The translations under genes and the position numbers were made by a program. This document shows, piece after piece, positions 29,844-40,500 of a DNA stretch of 64,000 nt. Source of the stretch: Chitinophagales bacterium (GTDB lineage Bacteria; Bacteroidota; Bacteroidia; Chitinophagales; LD1); the NCBI GenBank assembly GCA_044226285.1, contig JBGAHI010000004.1:154731-218730 (forward strand), read 5' to 3'. Under the pieces are notes generated by a model. That model searched no databases and was not told the origin of the DNA. It saw nothing but the letters and a program-made list of their open reading frames with translations. The first letter of the stretch is position 1. Each line of letters begins with the position of its first letter.

Positions 29844-32303
29844 ATGAATAGCACAATCGTTTTAAAATTTGGCGGTACTTCTGTGGGTTCCGCAACACGT
29901 ATCAAGGCATTACCTGAAATTATCAAACCTTATACAAAAAGCTACAAGCAAGTAATTATAGTATGTTCAGCCATGTCGAAAGTAACCGACTTGCTGATTA
30001 AAGCCGGAGAAGAGGCGTCTGTTCACAATCCAGCATACAAAAAAACAGTATCGGATATTAAAGCCAAGCATAACGAAGCTATCCGTGACCTCTTCAAGCA
30101 AAGCAAAATCACCAGCAAAAAAGTGGAAGATATGCTCGCTGAATTAGAGAAAATCTACGAAGGCATTTTCCTCATCAATGAATTTTCGTTGCGTTCTCGT
30201 GATTTAGTGACGAGCTTTGGCGAACGACTTTCCTGCACTATCGTCAACGAATATTTCAACACAAGTAAAATCAGTTCTTCGTTCTGTGATGCCCGTCAAA
30301 TCATCAAGACAGACTCATCGTTCAGTGAAGCGAAGGTTGATTTCCCGGCTACAAACAAAGCCATTCGCGAGTATTACAGTAAACAAGGTGCAGTGGTTGT
30401 GACTACCGGTTTCATTGCATCCGACAAAAATGGCATTACCACTACGCTAGGTCGTGGTGGGAGCGATTACACCGCAGCCATTGTGGGAGCAGCCATTGGC
30501 GCTGATGAAATTCAAATTTGGACAGATGTGAATGGGGTAATGAGTGCAGATCCAAACAAAGTGAAAAACGCCATTACCCTCGATAGCATGACTTATAACG
30601 AAGCCATGGAAATGTGCTATTTCGGAGCGAAAGTCATTCACCCGCCAACAATAGTACCTGCACTGGAGAAGAATATTCCGTTACGTATAAAAAACTCGTT
30701 TCACCCTGAACAAGCAGGCACCTTTATTTCGAAGAAAGCCGCAAAAAGCGACCATACTGTAAAAGGAATTACATCCATTGAGCAAGTGCATTTATTGACA
30801 CTGCAAGGTTCCGGCATGGTAGGTGTAGCAGGTATTTCAGCGCGCTTATTTTCGGCTTTAGCGATTGAAAAAGTGAATGTAATTCTCATCACACAAGCCT
30901 CTTCGGAACACAATATTTCTTTTGCTGTGAAACCGAACGATTCTTTGCGTTCTAAACAAGCAATCGAAAATGCGTTTGCGTTAGAAATTAAAACAAAATT
31001 GATTGAGCCGGTGGCCATTCAAGCCGACCTATCGATTCTAGCGGTAATTGGCGAGAACATGAAAAATACGGCAGGGGTATCTGGACGTTTATTTCAAACC
31101 CTTGGGAAGAATGGTGTGAGCGTAATTGCAGCAGCACAAGGTTCTTCCGAATTAAACATTTCAGTAGTAGTAAAACAACCACAATTAGCGAAGGCATTGA
31201 ATTCTGTGCATGATGCATTTTTCTTATCGCAATACAAAACAGTGAACGTGTTTGTTGCTGGTGTTGGTCTCATTGGTTCAAAACTGATTGAGCAAATGAA
31301 CGCGAGTAATGATTTCTTGAAAAAACAACACGGCATCGCCTTGAATATCGCAGGTTTTGCGGATAGTAAAAGCATGTTGGTGTCCGACAAAAAAATAAAC
31401 GTTCAAAACGCTAAGAAAATTTTGAGCGAACAAGGTGAAAAGCTGAACGAACAAAAATTTGCAGAAAAGATGTTTGCGATGTCGCTCTCCAACAGCGTGT
31501 TTGTGGACTGTACCGGCAACGACACTTGGTCGAAACATTACGCTACTATTTTAGCGAACAGTATCAGTATTGTAACCCCGAACAAAACCGCCAATTCATC
31601 CACTCAAGCTTACTACAACTTATTGAAACAAACGGCCACGAAACACAATGTGAAGTTTCTTTATGAAACCAACGTGGGTGCAGGTTTACCGGTGATTAAC
31701 ACACTCAACAATTTGTTAGTGAGTGGCGATAAAATCATCAAAATTGAAGCTATACTTTCGGGAACACTGTCCTTTATTTTCAACTCGTTTAATTCGAAAA
31801 CGCCATTCAGCGATATCGTGAAAATGGCAAAAGAAAAAGGGTACACAGAACCTGATCCACGTGACGATTTGAGTGGCAAAGATTTCGCCAGAAAACTATT
31901 GATTCTAGCCCGTGAATGTGGCGCTAATACAGAATTAAAGAACATCAACATCGAATCTATTTTACCTACACCTTGCGTAAAAGCGAAATCGGTGGATGAT
32001 TTTTTCAAAGTACTGAAAACGTTTGATGTCCATTTTGCCGACATGGTTTCTAAAGCTGAAAAAGCAGGCAAGGTATTGCGAATGGTAGGGGTTTATGAAA
32101 ACGGGAAAGGCGCCATTAAATTATTAGCTGTTGATGCTGCTCATCCGTTCTATAATTTATCGGGCAGTGATAATATTGTTTCGTTTACTACAGAGCGCTA
32201 TAAAGAAAGACCTCTTGTTATCAAAGGACCGGGAGCTGGAGCAGAAGTAACAGCCGCTGGGGTTTTAGCCGATATCATTACTGTATCAAACTACTTAGTA
32301 TAA
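29844..32303 (+). CDS. thrA: Bifunctional aspartokinase / homoserine dehydrogenase
   Basis: LKFGGTSVG kinase N-terminus, ACT region, and a C-terminal homoserine dehydrogenase domain (GPGAGAEVTAAGVLADI). It is 819 aa and is followed by thrB and thrC. Confidence 0.95.
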   Translation: MNSTIVLKFGGTSVGSATRIKALPEIIKPYTKSYKQVIIVCSAMSKVTDLLIKAGEEASVHNPAYKKTVSDIKAKHNEAIRDLFKQSKITSKKVEDMLAELEKIYEGIFLINEFSLRSRDLVTSFGERLSCTIVNEYFNTSKISSSFCDARQIIKTDSSFSEAKVDFPATNKAIREYYSKQGAVVVTTGFIASDKNGITTTLGRGGSDYTAAIVGAAIGADEIQIWTDVNGVMSADPNKVKNAITLDSMTYNEAMEMCYFGAKVIHPPTIVPALEKNIPLRIKNSFHPEQAGTFISKKAAKSDHTVKGITSIEQVHLLTLQGSGMVGVAGISARLFSALAIEKVNVILITQASSEHNISFAVKPNDSLRSKQAIENAFALEIKTKLIEPVAIQADLSILAVIGENMKNTAGVSGRLFQTLGKNGVSVIAAAQGSSELNISVVVKQPQLAKALNSVHDAFFLSQYKTVNVFVAGVGLIGSKLIEQMNASNDFLKKQHGIALNIAGFADSKSMLVSDKKINVQNAKKILSEQGEKLNEQKFAEKMFAMSLSNSVFVDCTGNDTWSKHYATILANSISIVTPNKTANSSTQAYYNLLKQTATKHNVKFLYETNVGAGLPVINTLNNLLVSGDKIIKIEAILSGTLSFIFNSFNSKTPFSDIVKMAKEKGYTEPDPRDDLSGKDFARKLLILARECGANTELKNINIESILPTPCVKAKSVDDFFKVLKTFDVHFADMVSKAEKAGKVLRMVGVYENGKGAIKLLAVDAAHPFYNLSGSDNIVSFTTERYKERPLVIKGPGAGAEVTAAGVLADIITVSNYLV

Positions 32304-33229
32304 TGCAATCAATCACTGTAAAAGCGCCTGCAACGGTAGCTAATTTAGGTAGCGGATTCGACTTGATGGGCTTAGCCATTCATCAAACTGCCGATGAAGT
32401 AACGGTTACAGAGCGTGCAGATAATCAAGTAATATTGCAAGAAATTATTGGCGATGGCGGTTTGCTTCCAAGAGAAACAGCAGAAAACACTTGCACAGTT
32501 GCCATTTTATCTTTACTCAAACATTTAGGGAGCTCAAAAGGATTCGATGTAGTATTAAAAAAACATATCGCTTTCAATAGTGGCTTAGGTTCAAGTGCGT
32601 CAAGTGCAGTAGCCGGTGTATTTGCTGTGAATGAGTTGCTTGGAAAACCATTATCGAAAACTGAACTTATCCCATTTGCAGTGGATGGCGAATATGTGGC
32701 CAGCAAAGGTTTTCATGGCGATAATGTAGCACCGTGCATGTTAGGTGGCATCACATATATTCAAAGTTTGAATCCGCTTTGCATCGAACAACTTGCTTAT
32801 CCTGAAAACACATTCATTGTTGTTTTGTATCAATATGTAAAAGTATCAACGGCAGAAGCACGTTCTATTTTGCCTAAACAATACGACAAAGCTGTTGTAA
32901 TACAACAAACCGCAAGAACGGCAGCCTTGCTCACCGGCTTAAACACAAGCAACGACAAGCTCATTCAATTTGGTTTGGGTGATGAAATTGCCACACCTTA
33001 CCGAAAGCAATTGATTCCAAACTTCGATGCCCTAGAAGCAGAAGCCATGAAAAATGGAGCTGTTGGATTTAATATTTCAGGCTCAGGACCTTCTATTTTC
33101 GCCTGGTGTAACGGTGAAGAAATTGCCAACCAAGTGAAACTAGCTTGGCAAACATTCATGCAAGCTAAAGCGCAACCGTTTGAAATTTATTGTTCGCCTA
33201 TTAATAACGAAGGCGTTTCCATTTGTTGA
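32303..33229 (+). CDS. thrB: Homoserine kinase
   Basis: GHMP kinase motifs NLGSGFD and GLGSSASSAVA. Its start overlaps the thrA stop. Confidence 0.9.
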   Translation: MQSITVKAPATVANLGSGFDLMGLAIHQTADEVTVTERADNQVILQEIIGDGGLLPRETAENTCTVAILSLLKHLGSSKGFDVVLKKHIAFNSGLGSSASSAVAGVFAVNELLGKPLSKTELIPFAVDGEYVASKGFHGDNVAPCMLGGITYIQSLNPLCIEQLAYPENTFIVVLYQYVKVSTAEARSILPKQYDKAVVIQQTARTAALLTGLNTSNDKLIQFGLGDEIATPYRKQLIPNFDALEAEAMKNGAVGFNISGSGPSIFAWCNGEEIANQVKLAWQTFMQAKAQPFEIYCSPINNEGVSIC

Positions 33230-33242
33230 TTAAACCATTTTC

Positions 33243-34532
33243 ATGCAATTCTATTCTACCCGAAATTCAAATCATATTGTAAACATTGACGAGGCTATCT
33301 TAAACGGCATCGCCAACGATGGCGGGCTTTATATGCCTTCTACTTTCACTGATGTGTATGCGGAATTGGAAGGTGACGATTTACACAGTGTGGCCGAAAA
33401 CATGCTAACACCTTTTATTGGTGGCTATTTCAACACAGCAGAAATTAAAGCCATTGTGCGCGATTCGTTTGCTTTTGATGTACCTTTAGTACAATTGAAT
33501 GAACAACTATATATTGCAGAACTATTTCATGGACCAACATTAGCGTTCAAAGATTTTGGCGGAATGTTTATGGCTAATACTATGAGTAAGATCTTGCAAA
33601 GACAAGGACGTAAACTCACCATTCTTGTGGCTACTTCAGGCGATACGGGAGGTGCTGTAGCCAATGGATTTTTCGACAAAGAAAATATAGATGTTGTTAT
33701 TCTTTACCCGAAAGGGAAAGTGAGCGATTTGCAAGAGTTACAGCTCACCACGTTTGGGAAAAATATTACAGCTATAGCCGTTGACGGCACATTCGATGAT
33801 TGTCAACACCTGGTTAAAACAGCATTTGCCGATCAGGAATTGAAAGCATCTGCAAATTTATCTTCTGCAAATTCCATCAATATCGGCCGACTAATTCCGC
33901 AAATGATTTATTACGGTTATATAGCGAATAAACTGTTTAAAGAAAAAGATATTAAGCCTACAATCGTTGTCCCGAGCGGAAACTTCGGCAATATTTCGGC
34001 AGGTTTATTTGCCAAACGAATTGGTTATCCAATAGCACGTTTCATTGCAGCAACCAATGCCAACGATGTAGTGCCCGAATATTTCAATACAGGAAAATAC
34101 ACGCCACGCCCTTCTGTGCAAACCCTTTCCAATGCTATGGATGTAGGCGCACCAAGCAATATGGAACGTATCAACAACCTATTTGGAAACGATGTTTCGA
34201 AAATAAAAGATGAAATTTCAGCCTATTCTGTTTCCGATGAACAGACCAAAGCCACCATGCAATCGGTTTACGAAAAATACAACTACATTGCTGATCCACA
34301 CACTGCTGTAGGCATCCACGTGGCAGAAGAAAAAGCAAACAATGAAACCACTGTAGTAATGTCTACGGCACACCCTGCAAAATTCAAAGCAGATGTTGAG
34401 CAGATTTTAGGCATTCAACTCCCATTACCCAAACAATTGAGAGACATATTGAATAAGCCGCAGCAACTATTAAACATGGTGAATTCGTTTCCCGTTTTAA
34501 AGGATTTTTTACTCACAGCACAAAAAAAATAA
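33243..34532 (+). CDS. thrC: Threonine synthase
   Basis: PLP-lysine block FHGPTLAFKDFG, SGDTGGA and SGNFGN. Confidence 0.9.
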   Translation: MQFYSTRNSNHIVNIDEAILNGIANDGGLYMPSTFTDVYAELEGDDLHSVAENMLTPFIGGYFNTAEIKAIVRDSFAFDVPLVQLNEQLYIAELFHGPTLAFKDFGGMFMANTMSKILQRQGRKLTILVATSGDTGGAVANGFFDKENIDVVILYPKGKVSDLQELQLTTFGKNITAIAVDGTFDDCQHLVKTAFADQELKASANLSSANSINIGRLIPQMIYYGYIANKLFKEKDIKPTIVVPSGNFGNISAGLFAKRIGYPIARFIAATNANDVVPEYFNTGKYTPRPSVQTLSNAMDVGAPSNMERINNLFGNDVSKIKDEISAYSVSDEQTKATMQSVYEKYNYIADPHTAVGIHVAEEKANNETTVVMSTAHPAKFKADVEQILGIQLPLPKQLRDILNKPQQLLNMVNSFPVLKDFLLTAQKK

Positions 34533-34533
34533 C

Positions 34534-35322
34534 ATGCGATTAACCATCATTGGAGCCGGCAACCTAGGCTCATCTATTGCCAAAGGAATAGTATCGAAAG
34601 CCATATTCGCTGAAATTTGTGTAACTCGAAGAAATACTCAATCGGTGACATATCTGAAAGACAAAGGCATCAAAGTATTATCCGACAATAAAGAAGCTGC
34701 CCGCAATAGCGATGTTATTCTGTTAGCTGTGAAACCACATCAGGTTAAAGCCATTGCTGAAGAAATTGCAAACGAAGTGGGTAATGCCTTAATTATCTCA
34801 GTGATTACAGGCGTAAGTCTTTCCGAACTCAACAGTTACTTCGGCTCAACAAAACGCATTATCCGTGCTATGCCTAACACTGCCATTGCGCAATCTGAAT
34901 CGCTTACATGCATTGCCGTGAACGAAAATGTAACCGCAGACGACAAGCAACTCTCCACAACTATTTTTTCTTCGTTAGGCGAATTAGTGTTTATCGAAGA
35001 GAAATTAATGGATGCTGCTACGGTGCTTGGGGCCTGTGGAATTGCTTATGTTATGCGCTTTATGCGAGCGATGATGCAAGGGGGAATTCAAATCGGATTT
35101 GATTCAAAAACATCACTTCACATTGTAACGCAAGTATTAAAAGGAGCTGCAGTTATGCTGCAAAACGAACACTCCCATCCGGAGAGTGAAATTGATAAAG
35201 TAACAACCCCTCAAGGTTGTACCATTGCCGGATTAAACGAAATGGAACATCAAGGCTTTAGTTCTGCGCTGATAAAGGGCATCAACACTTCGTTTCAGGC
35301 CATTGACGGAATAAAAAAATAA
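34534..35322 (+). CDS. proC: Pyrroline-5-carboxylate reductase
   Basis: Rossmann N-terminus IIGAGNLGSSIA and the C-terminal block VTTPQGCTIAGL. Confidence 0.85.
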   Translation: MRLTIIGAGNLGSSIAKGIVSKAIFAEICVTRRNTQSVTYLKDKGIKVLSDNKEAARNSDVILLAVKPHQVKAIAEEIANEVGNALIISVITGVSLSELNSYFGSTKRIIRAMPNTAIAQSESLTCIAVNENVTADDKQLSTTIFSSLGELVFIEEKLMDAATVLGACGIAYVMRFMRAMMQGGIQIGFDSKTSLHIVTQVLKGAAVMLQNEHSHPESEIDKVTTPQGCTIAGLNEMEHQGFSSALIKGINTSFQAIDGIKK

Positions 35323-35324
35323 GC

Positions 35325-36035
35325 TTATTTCATGTTGTGGAACACGAATGTTACATCATCGTCCTCCTCTAATTTGTCAATCAGTTTAATTACCTCTTCC
35401 GCTTGCTCATCGGTTAGTCCTTCTTTGAAGAAGTCAGGGATTTTTTCGTAAGTCGATTCAACAATTTCAATTCCTTTCTGCTCAAGGGCTTTAGCCAAAT
35501 TTCCGTAATTAACGAAATCAGCATAGGCCAAAATCAAATCTTCTTCTACTTGCAATTCGCTCAAACCGGCATCAATCAATTCAAATTCTAATTCTTCAAT
35601 ATCATGTGTGCCTTTATTGAATTTAAACAATGCTTTCTTCTGAAAGGCATATTCAACAGAGCCACTGGTACCCATAGCTCCACCTAATTTATTGAAATAA
35701 GAACGGACATTGGCCACAGTTCGCGTTGGATTGTTTGTTGCTGTATCTACTACAATCGCCACACCGTGTGCTGCATAACCTTCGTAGGTTACCTCTTCAA
35801 AGTTTTCAGCATCTTTGGATGATGCTTTTTTGATCGCATTTTCCACACGATCTTTCGGCATATTCGCACTCTTTGCATTCTGTATCGCCTGACGCAAACG
35901 GAAATTAGTATCAATATTCGCCCCTCCTTCTTTAACCGCAATAGCGATATCCTTTCCAATTCGGGTAAAGGCTTTTGCCATTGCACCCCAGCGTTTCATT
36001 TTTCTTTCCTTACGATATTCAAATGCGCGACCCAT
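35325..36035 (-). CDS. YebC/PmpR family DNA-binding transcriptional regulator
   Basis: MGRAFEYRKERKMKRWGAMAKAFTRIGK is the conserved family N-terminus. Length is 236 aa. Confidence 0.9.
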   Translation of the reverse strand: MGRAFEYRKERKMKRWGAMAKAFTRIGKDIAIAVKEGGANIDTNFRLRQAIQNAKSANMPKDRVENAIKKASSKDAENFEEVTYEGYAAHGVAIVVDTATNNPTRTVANVRSYFNKLGGAMGTSGSVEYAFQKKALFKFNKGTHDIEELEFELIDAGLSELQVEEDLILAYADFVNYGNLAKALEQKGIEIVESTYEKIPDFFKEGLTDEQAEEVIKLIDKLEEDDDVTFVFHNMK

Positions 36036-36173
36036 AATTCAGTATTTAATTGTTTGCCAATATAAGACGAAACTAGAAAATAATAAATCTCAACGGTCTT
36101 CGTTATTGGTTTATAGTCCACAAAAAGACATATAGCCACTTTTTGGCCGGAAAATTGTTTATGTTTAGCTATA

Positions 36174-37124
36174 ATGAATAAGAGCATTGCTATTCCCGTA
36201 ATTGTTGTTTCTTGTTTAGGTATTGGATTTGCATCAGCGAAGTTGATGGAAAACCTAAAACCTAAGCCAATCAACGTTTTTCCGAAAATTGCAGAAGAAA
36301 ACAAAAACATTTGCTTTGTAAAAACGGCAGATAGTGTTACGGCAGTATTCCCACTCACCATTGCAGGCGACATGAGTTTTGCCGGAGAAGCTGTTCCGCT
36401 GAACGACCCTGAAGTTCGTGAACGTTTAGACCGAGAATTGCAAATCAACGCATATTGGCAAAGCAACACGCTGTTATCGATGAAGTTAGCCAATCGATAT
36501 TTCGATCAAATCGAAAAAATACTATTAGAAGAAGGTGTTCCGAGCGATTTTAAGTACCTACCATTGATTGAAAGCGGATTTCGCGATGTTACTTCACCTG
36601 CCGGAGCTTCAGGATTTTGGCAGTTTCTGAGTGGAACAGGAAAAAAATACGGCTTGGAAATTAATGAAGACGTGGATGAGCGCTATCATATAGAAAAATC
36701 GACTAGAGCAGCTTGTGCCTATTTAAAAGAAGCTAAGGCAAAACTGGGGAGTTGGACCTTAGCCGCAGCTAGCTACAATATGGGTATTGAAGGCATAAAT
36801 TCAAAGCTACAGAAACAGCATGTTGCCAATTACTACGACCTGTTTTTGACCCAAGAAACCTCCCGCTATGTCTTTCGTATGCTAGCCATGAAGGCAATTT
36901 TCGCCAATCCTAGAAAAGCCGGATATATGCTGGAAGATAAGGATTTGTATCAACCTTATAGCTACAAAACGATCTCCGTAGACTCTTCAATTACAGATAT
37001 AGCAAGCTTTGCAGAGGCAAATGGACTCCTTTATAAACACATTAAAATGCTGAATACTTGGATGCGCTCTACCTCCGTTCCCAATAAGGAGAAAAAGTCT
37101 TATGAAATTAAGATTTTGCAATAG
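36174..37124 (+). CDS. Lytic murein transglycosylase (SLT domain, MltD-like, no LysM)
   Basis: Membrane anchor, catalytic block LPLIESGF, AGASGFWQF and AAASYNMG. Confidence 0.75.
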   Translation: MNKSIAIPVIVVSCLGIGFASAKLMENLKPKPINVFPKIAEENKNICFVKTADSVTAVFPLTIAGDMSFAGEAVPLNDPEVRERLDRELQINAYWQSNTLLSMKLANRYFDQIEKILLEEGVPSDFKYLPLIESGFRDVTSPAGASGFWQFLSGTGKKYGLEINEDVDERYHIEKSTRAACAYLKEAKAKLGSWTLAAASYNMGIEGINSKLQKQHVANYYDLFLTQETSRYVFRMLAMKAIFANPRKAGYMLEDKDLYQPYSYKTISVDSSITDIASFAEANGLLYKHIKMLNTWMRSTSVPNKEKKSYEIKILQ

Positions 37125-37126
37125 GT

Positions 37127-37156
37127 TTTGAGAAATAAAAGGAAAAGATATATTTG
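37127..37156 (+). promoter_or_regulatory. Candidate promoter of tRNA-Phe (-33 TTTG, -7 TATATTTG)
   Basis: TTTG at 37127-37130 and TATATTTG at 37149-37156, with an 18-nt spacer. The tRNA 5' end lies 17 nt downstream. Confidence 0.45.
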
Positions 37157-37172
37157 CATTCCCAAAAGAGAT

Positions 37173-37245
37173 GGTGCGGTAGCTCAGTCGGTAGAGCAAT
37201 AGACTGAAAATCTATGTGTCGGGGGTTCGATTCCCTCCCACACCA
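37173..37245 (+). tRNA. tRNA-Phe: tRNA-Phe (anticodon GAA)
   Basis: Cloverleaf built by hand: acceptor GGTGCGG/CCACACC with one C-A mismatch, D arm GCTC-AGTCGGT-AGAGC, anticodon arm ATAGA-CTGAAAA-TCTAT, T arm GGGGG-TTCGATT-CCCTC. It aligns column for column with E. coli tRNA-Phe. CCA is not encoded. Confidence 0.9.
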
Positions 37246-37260
37246 CAACTTTCAAACAAG

Positions 37261-37292
37261 CCCTTGTGAATGAAAATTCATGAGGGTTTTTT
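37261..37292 (+). terminator. Intrinsic terminator after tRNA-Phe
   Basis: CCCTTGTGAAT-GAAA-ATTCATGAGGG (11-bp stem including two G-U pairs) followed by T6. Confidence 0.65.
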
Positions 37293-37463
37293 GTTTCCTG
37301 TTTAATATCCGATAATAACCTATAGCTCTGTATTTCAAGTATAGATTGAGTTCCAATAATTAACTTTCTAGCTAAACATTTTTTTCATGGCACTATCACA
37401 CAATGAAAACAGATATCGTTATTGGCTAAAAACAAACTCAAAATGAACTATCAGTGGAACTAA

Positions 37464-37493
37464 AAACGCCTCCTCATTTCCGAGAAGGCGTTT
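37464..37493 (-). terminator. Intrinsic terminator of the 1819-aa adhesin gene
   Basis: A 12-bp stem with one mismatch pairs AAACGCCTCCTC with GAGAAGGCGTTT around a 6-nt loop. On the minus strand it is followed by TTTTTAG, 24 nt past the stop. Confidence 0.6.
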
Positions 37494-37516
37494 CCACTAT
37501 TACAATTTAATTATGC

Positions 37517-40500
37517 TTATTTCAGCACATTCAATCGCTTACTGAAGCGTTGTCCATCGATTTTAAACGATACAATGTACGTTGCCGCAGATAAATCTTC
37601 AGTTTGAATAACATAAGTATTAAAGCCTTTCCTCAAATCAATGGTCTCCGACTTAATAAACTTGCCTGTAACTTCATAAACATCAACTATTGCAGCTTGA
37701 TCGTTTGTAATAAACAAATCAATTTTAGATCGCTCTTTTGTAGGATTCGGAATAAAATCGCCAATAGCCGTTTTTCCGTCACCCACTAACATTGCTGTAG
37801 CAATATTACTGTATTCAAAAGCAACGTTGCCAATATCAATTTGTTTTAAACGATAGTAATAGCGCACATTTTGAAGCGCAGTCTTATCGTCAAAAGTATA
37901 ATATTGGGTTATCGTTGAATTATCATTCCCTTTCACCCAGCCAATTTTCACGAAAACAGATCCATTCGTACTTCGTTCAATTTCAAATCCTGCATTATTG
38001 ATTTCAAGTGCGGTTGACCAATCAAGTCTAACGTAACTATTTTCAATAGCGGTTGCAGTAAACGCTATTAATTTTACCGGCAAACCTGCTCCCGGTGAAG
38101 AGAATCCATATCCACCCGTACCTCCTGAGAACGAAGTAATGCCATTGAATTGCGCATAAAGAACACCATTTTCAGTTAATGCCGTTGTGTTAGCATCCGT
38201 AAGTGTTACATTAGGAAATCCATTGAAACTATTGCCATCGATAAGATTGATACGTGTTGCATCGAAAGGAACACCTACCGTTTTAAACCATCTAAATGGT
38301 GTTTTAGATGTAGAAGGATATGGCGTCCATGCAGCATCACGAGCTGAAAGCGATGCTGCTTTCTCTGACGGATCGTAGAAGAATTTCACATCTACAGTTC
38401 CGGAAATACTACCCGACAACATTTCCACATTCCAATAGCGATTCATTAAATATGACCCATGCTCATAGCCCGGTTTAGTAGTGTTAATATGATCAATTGT
38501 TGAGCCCGGAATTGTAATATCCACTTTAGCCGTAAATGAATTCCCATTTTTTCGAATGGCAAATAACCAATCATCAGGATTAGTAGTAGTTGCATAATAC
38601 GTCCATCCTGCATCAGAGCATTGTTCTAATGCAGTTGTAACAGTGCTGGATGGCAAGATAACAAGCGCAGCAGCAGATTTTACTGTTACTGTTACCGATG
38701 CATCATTTGTACATGAGTAGCTATTTGTTACAGAAACCGTGTATGGTGTGGTAGTGGTCGGATTTACCGTCCCACTTGATACATTGCCAACTATTCCTGA
38801 GCTCCAAGCGTAGTTTGTTATAGTACCGCTACCGGCTATTGCTCCGGCATCTAAGAGTACATTGTCATTTGCACAAACAGTCATTGGTGTGGCTGTTGGT
38901 GAAATGACAGGCACAGAACGAATCGTAAGTGTGATTGCTGTTCGTGTAGAACTTACGCAACCTGAAGTCGTATTTCTTCCTTCTGCATAATAGGTATATG
39001 TTCCAGGAATCGGGTTCGGTCCAGTACCATCGATGGCTTCGTTAAAGAAAGTAGAAGAACTTTTCACTAAAGAACCTCCCGATGCTGCATCGTACCAGTC
39101 AATCGTTTCTCCTGCTCCAACTGTAGCCGTTAAATTTGGAACTGCCGTTCTATAACAAGCCTCCTTATCGCCACCAGATGTTGGAACAGAAGCACCTGCA
39201 CCAAATACAACTGTTACATCGGCAGTAGCAGGAGTACACACTCCATTGCTCACTGTCCATCGAAATACGTATGTTCCTCCAACAGATACTGTTGCTGTTG
39301 AACTTCCTGAAGTAGATCCACTAAATGTTGAAGTACCCGGACCAGAGAATTGTGACCATACACCTGTTCCCGGACTAGGTGTATTTCCACCTAATGCAGC
39401 GCTTGTTAATCCACAAGCTATTAATGGTGTTGTTGTAATACTTGATGTTGGAACAGCATCTACATTCACCGTTACTGTTGCACAAGTCGTGTTATTGCAT
39501 GTTCCCTCATAACGACCATAATACGTAGTAGTTGTTGTTGGGGATACAGATAAACTGTTACCAGTTCCTGCTAATGTTCCACCACATGAACCCGTATACC
39601 ATTTAATTGTTGCTCCAGTTCCACCCCCACCTCCTGTGAGTGTTAGTGAGCTGCTTGATCCATTACAAATCGTTGCAGGTGATGCTGAAGCTGAAGTTGG
39701 CGATGTAGATAATGTATTGACTGTTACTAATTGCGAAGCACAAGTAGTGGTATTACATGTACCACTGTAGCGCACATAATACGTGGTGTTACTGGTTGGA
39801 GATATAGTAATACTATTACCGGTACCTGCAGATGTTCCACCGCATGAGCCGGTGAACCACTCAACTGTTGCTCCGGTTCCTGCGCTACCTCCACTAACCG
39901 TTAACGTAGTACTTCCTCCATTACAAATTGTTGTTGTTCCTGTAATGCCGCTTGGCGCAGTAGATAATGTATTGACTGTTACTAATTGCGAAGCGCAAGA
40001 AGTGGTATTACATGTACCGTTATAGCGCACATAATACGTGGTGTTGCTGGTTGGCGATACCGTAATACTATTACCGGTTCCTGCTGATGTTCCTCCACAC
40101 GAGCCGGTGAACCACTCTGCTGTTGCTCCCGTTCCTGCACTACCTCCACTAACCGTTAACGTAGTACTTCCGCCATTACAAATTGTTGTTGTTCCCGTAA
40201 TTCCGGTTGGCGCTGTAGATAATGTATTGACTGTGACAGTTGTGGTTACACAAGCTGTATTATTACATGTACCTTCATATCGGCCATAATATGTAGTAGT
40301 TGTAGTTGGAGATACCGACAAGCTATTGCCCGTTCCTGCTAATGTTCCACCACATGAGCCGGTATACCATTTAATCACGGCCCCTGTTCCTCCTCCTCCT
40401 CCGGTAAGTGTCAACGTACTGCTTGATCCATTACAAATCGTTGCAGGTGATGCTGCCGCTGAAGTTGGATCTGTAGATAATGTATTGACTGTTATAGTAA

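Noticed and set aside
35996-36493. A 165-aa minus-strand ORF bridging the YebC start and the SLT gene
   Set aside because: It overlaps two well-supported genes, and its composition looks like an off-frame translation.
37173-37245. Possible tRNA pseudogene, because of a C5-A68 mismatch in the acceptor stem
   Set aside because: All other stems, the conserved D and T loops, the anticodon loop, a promoter-like box and a terminator are intact. A single mismatch is tolerated in functional tRNAs.
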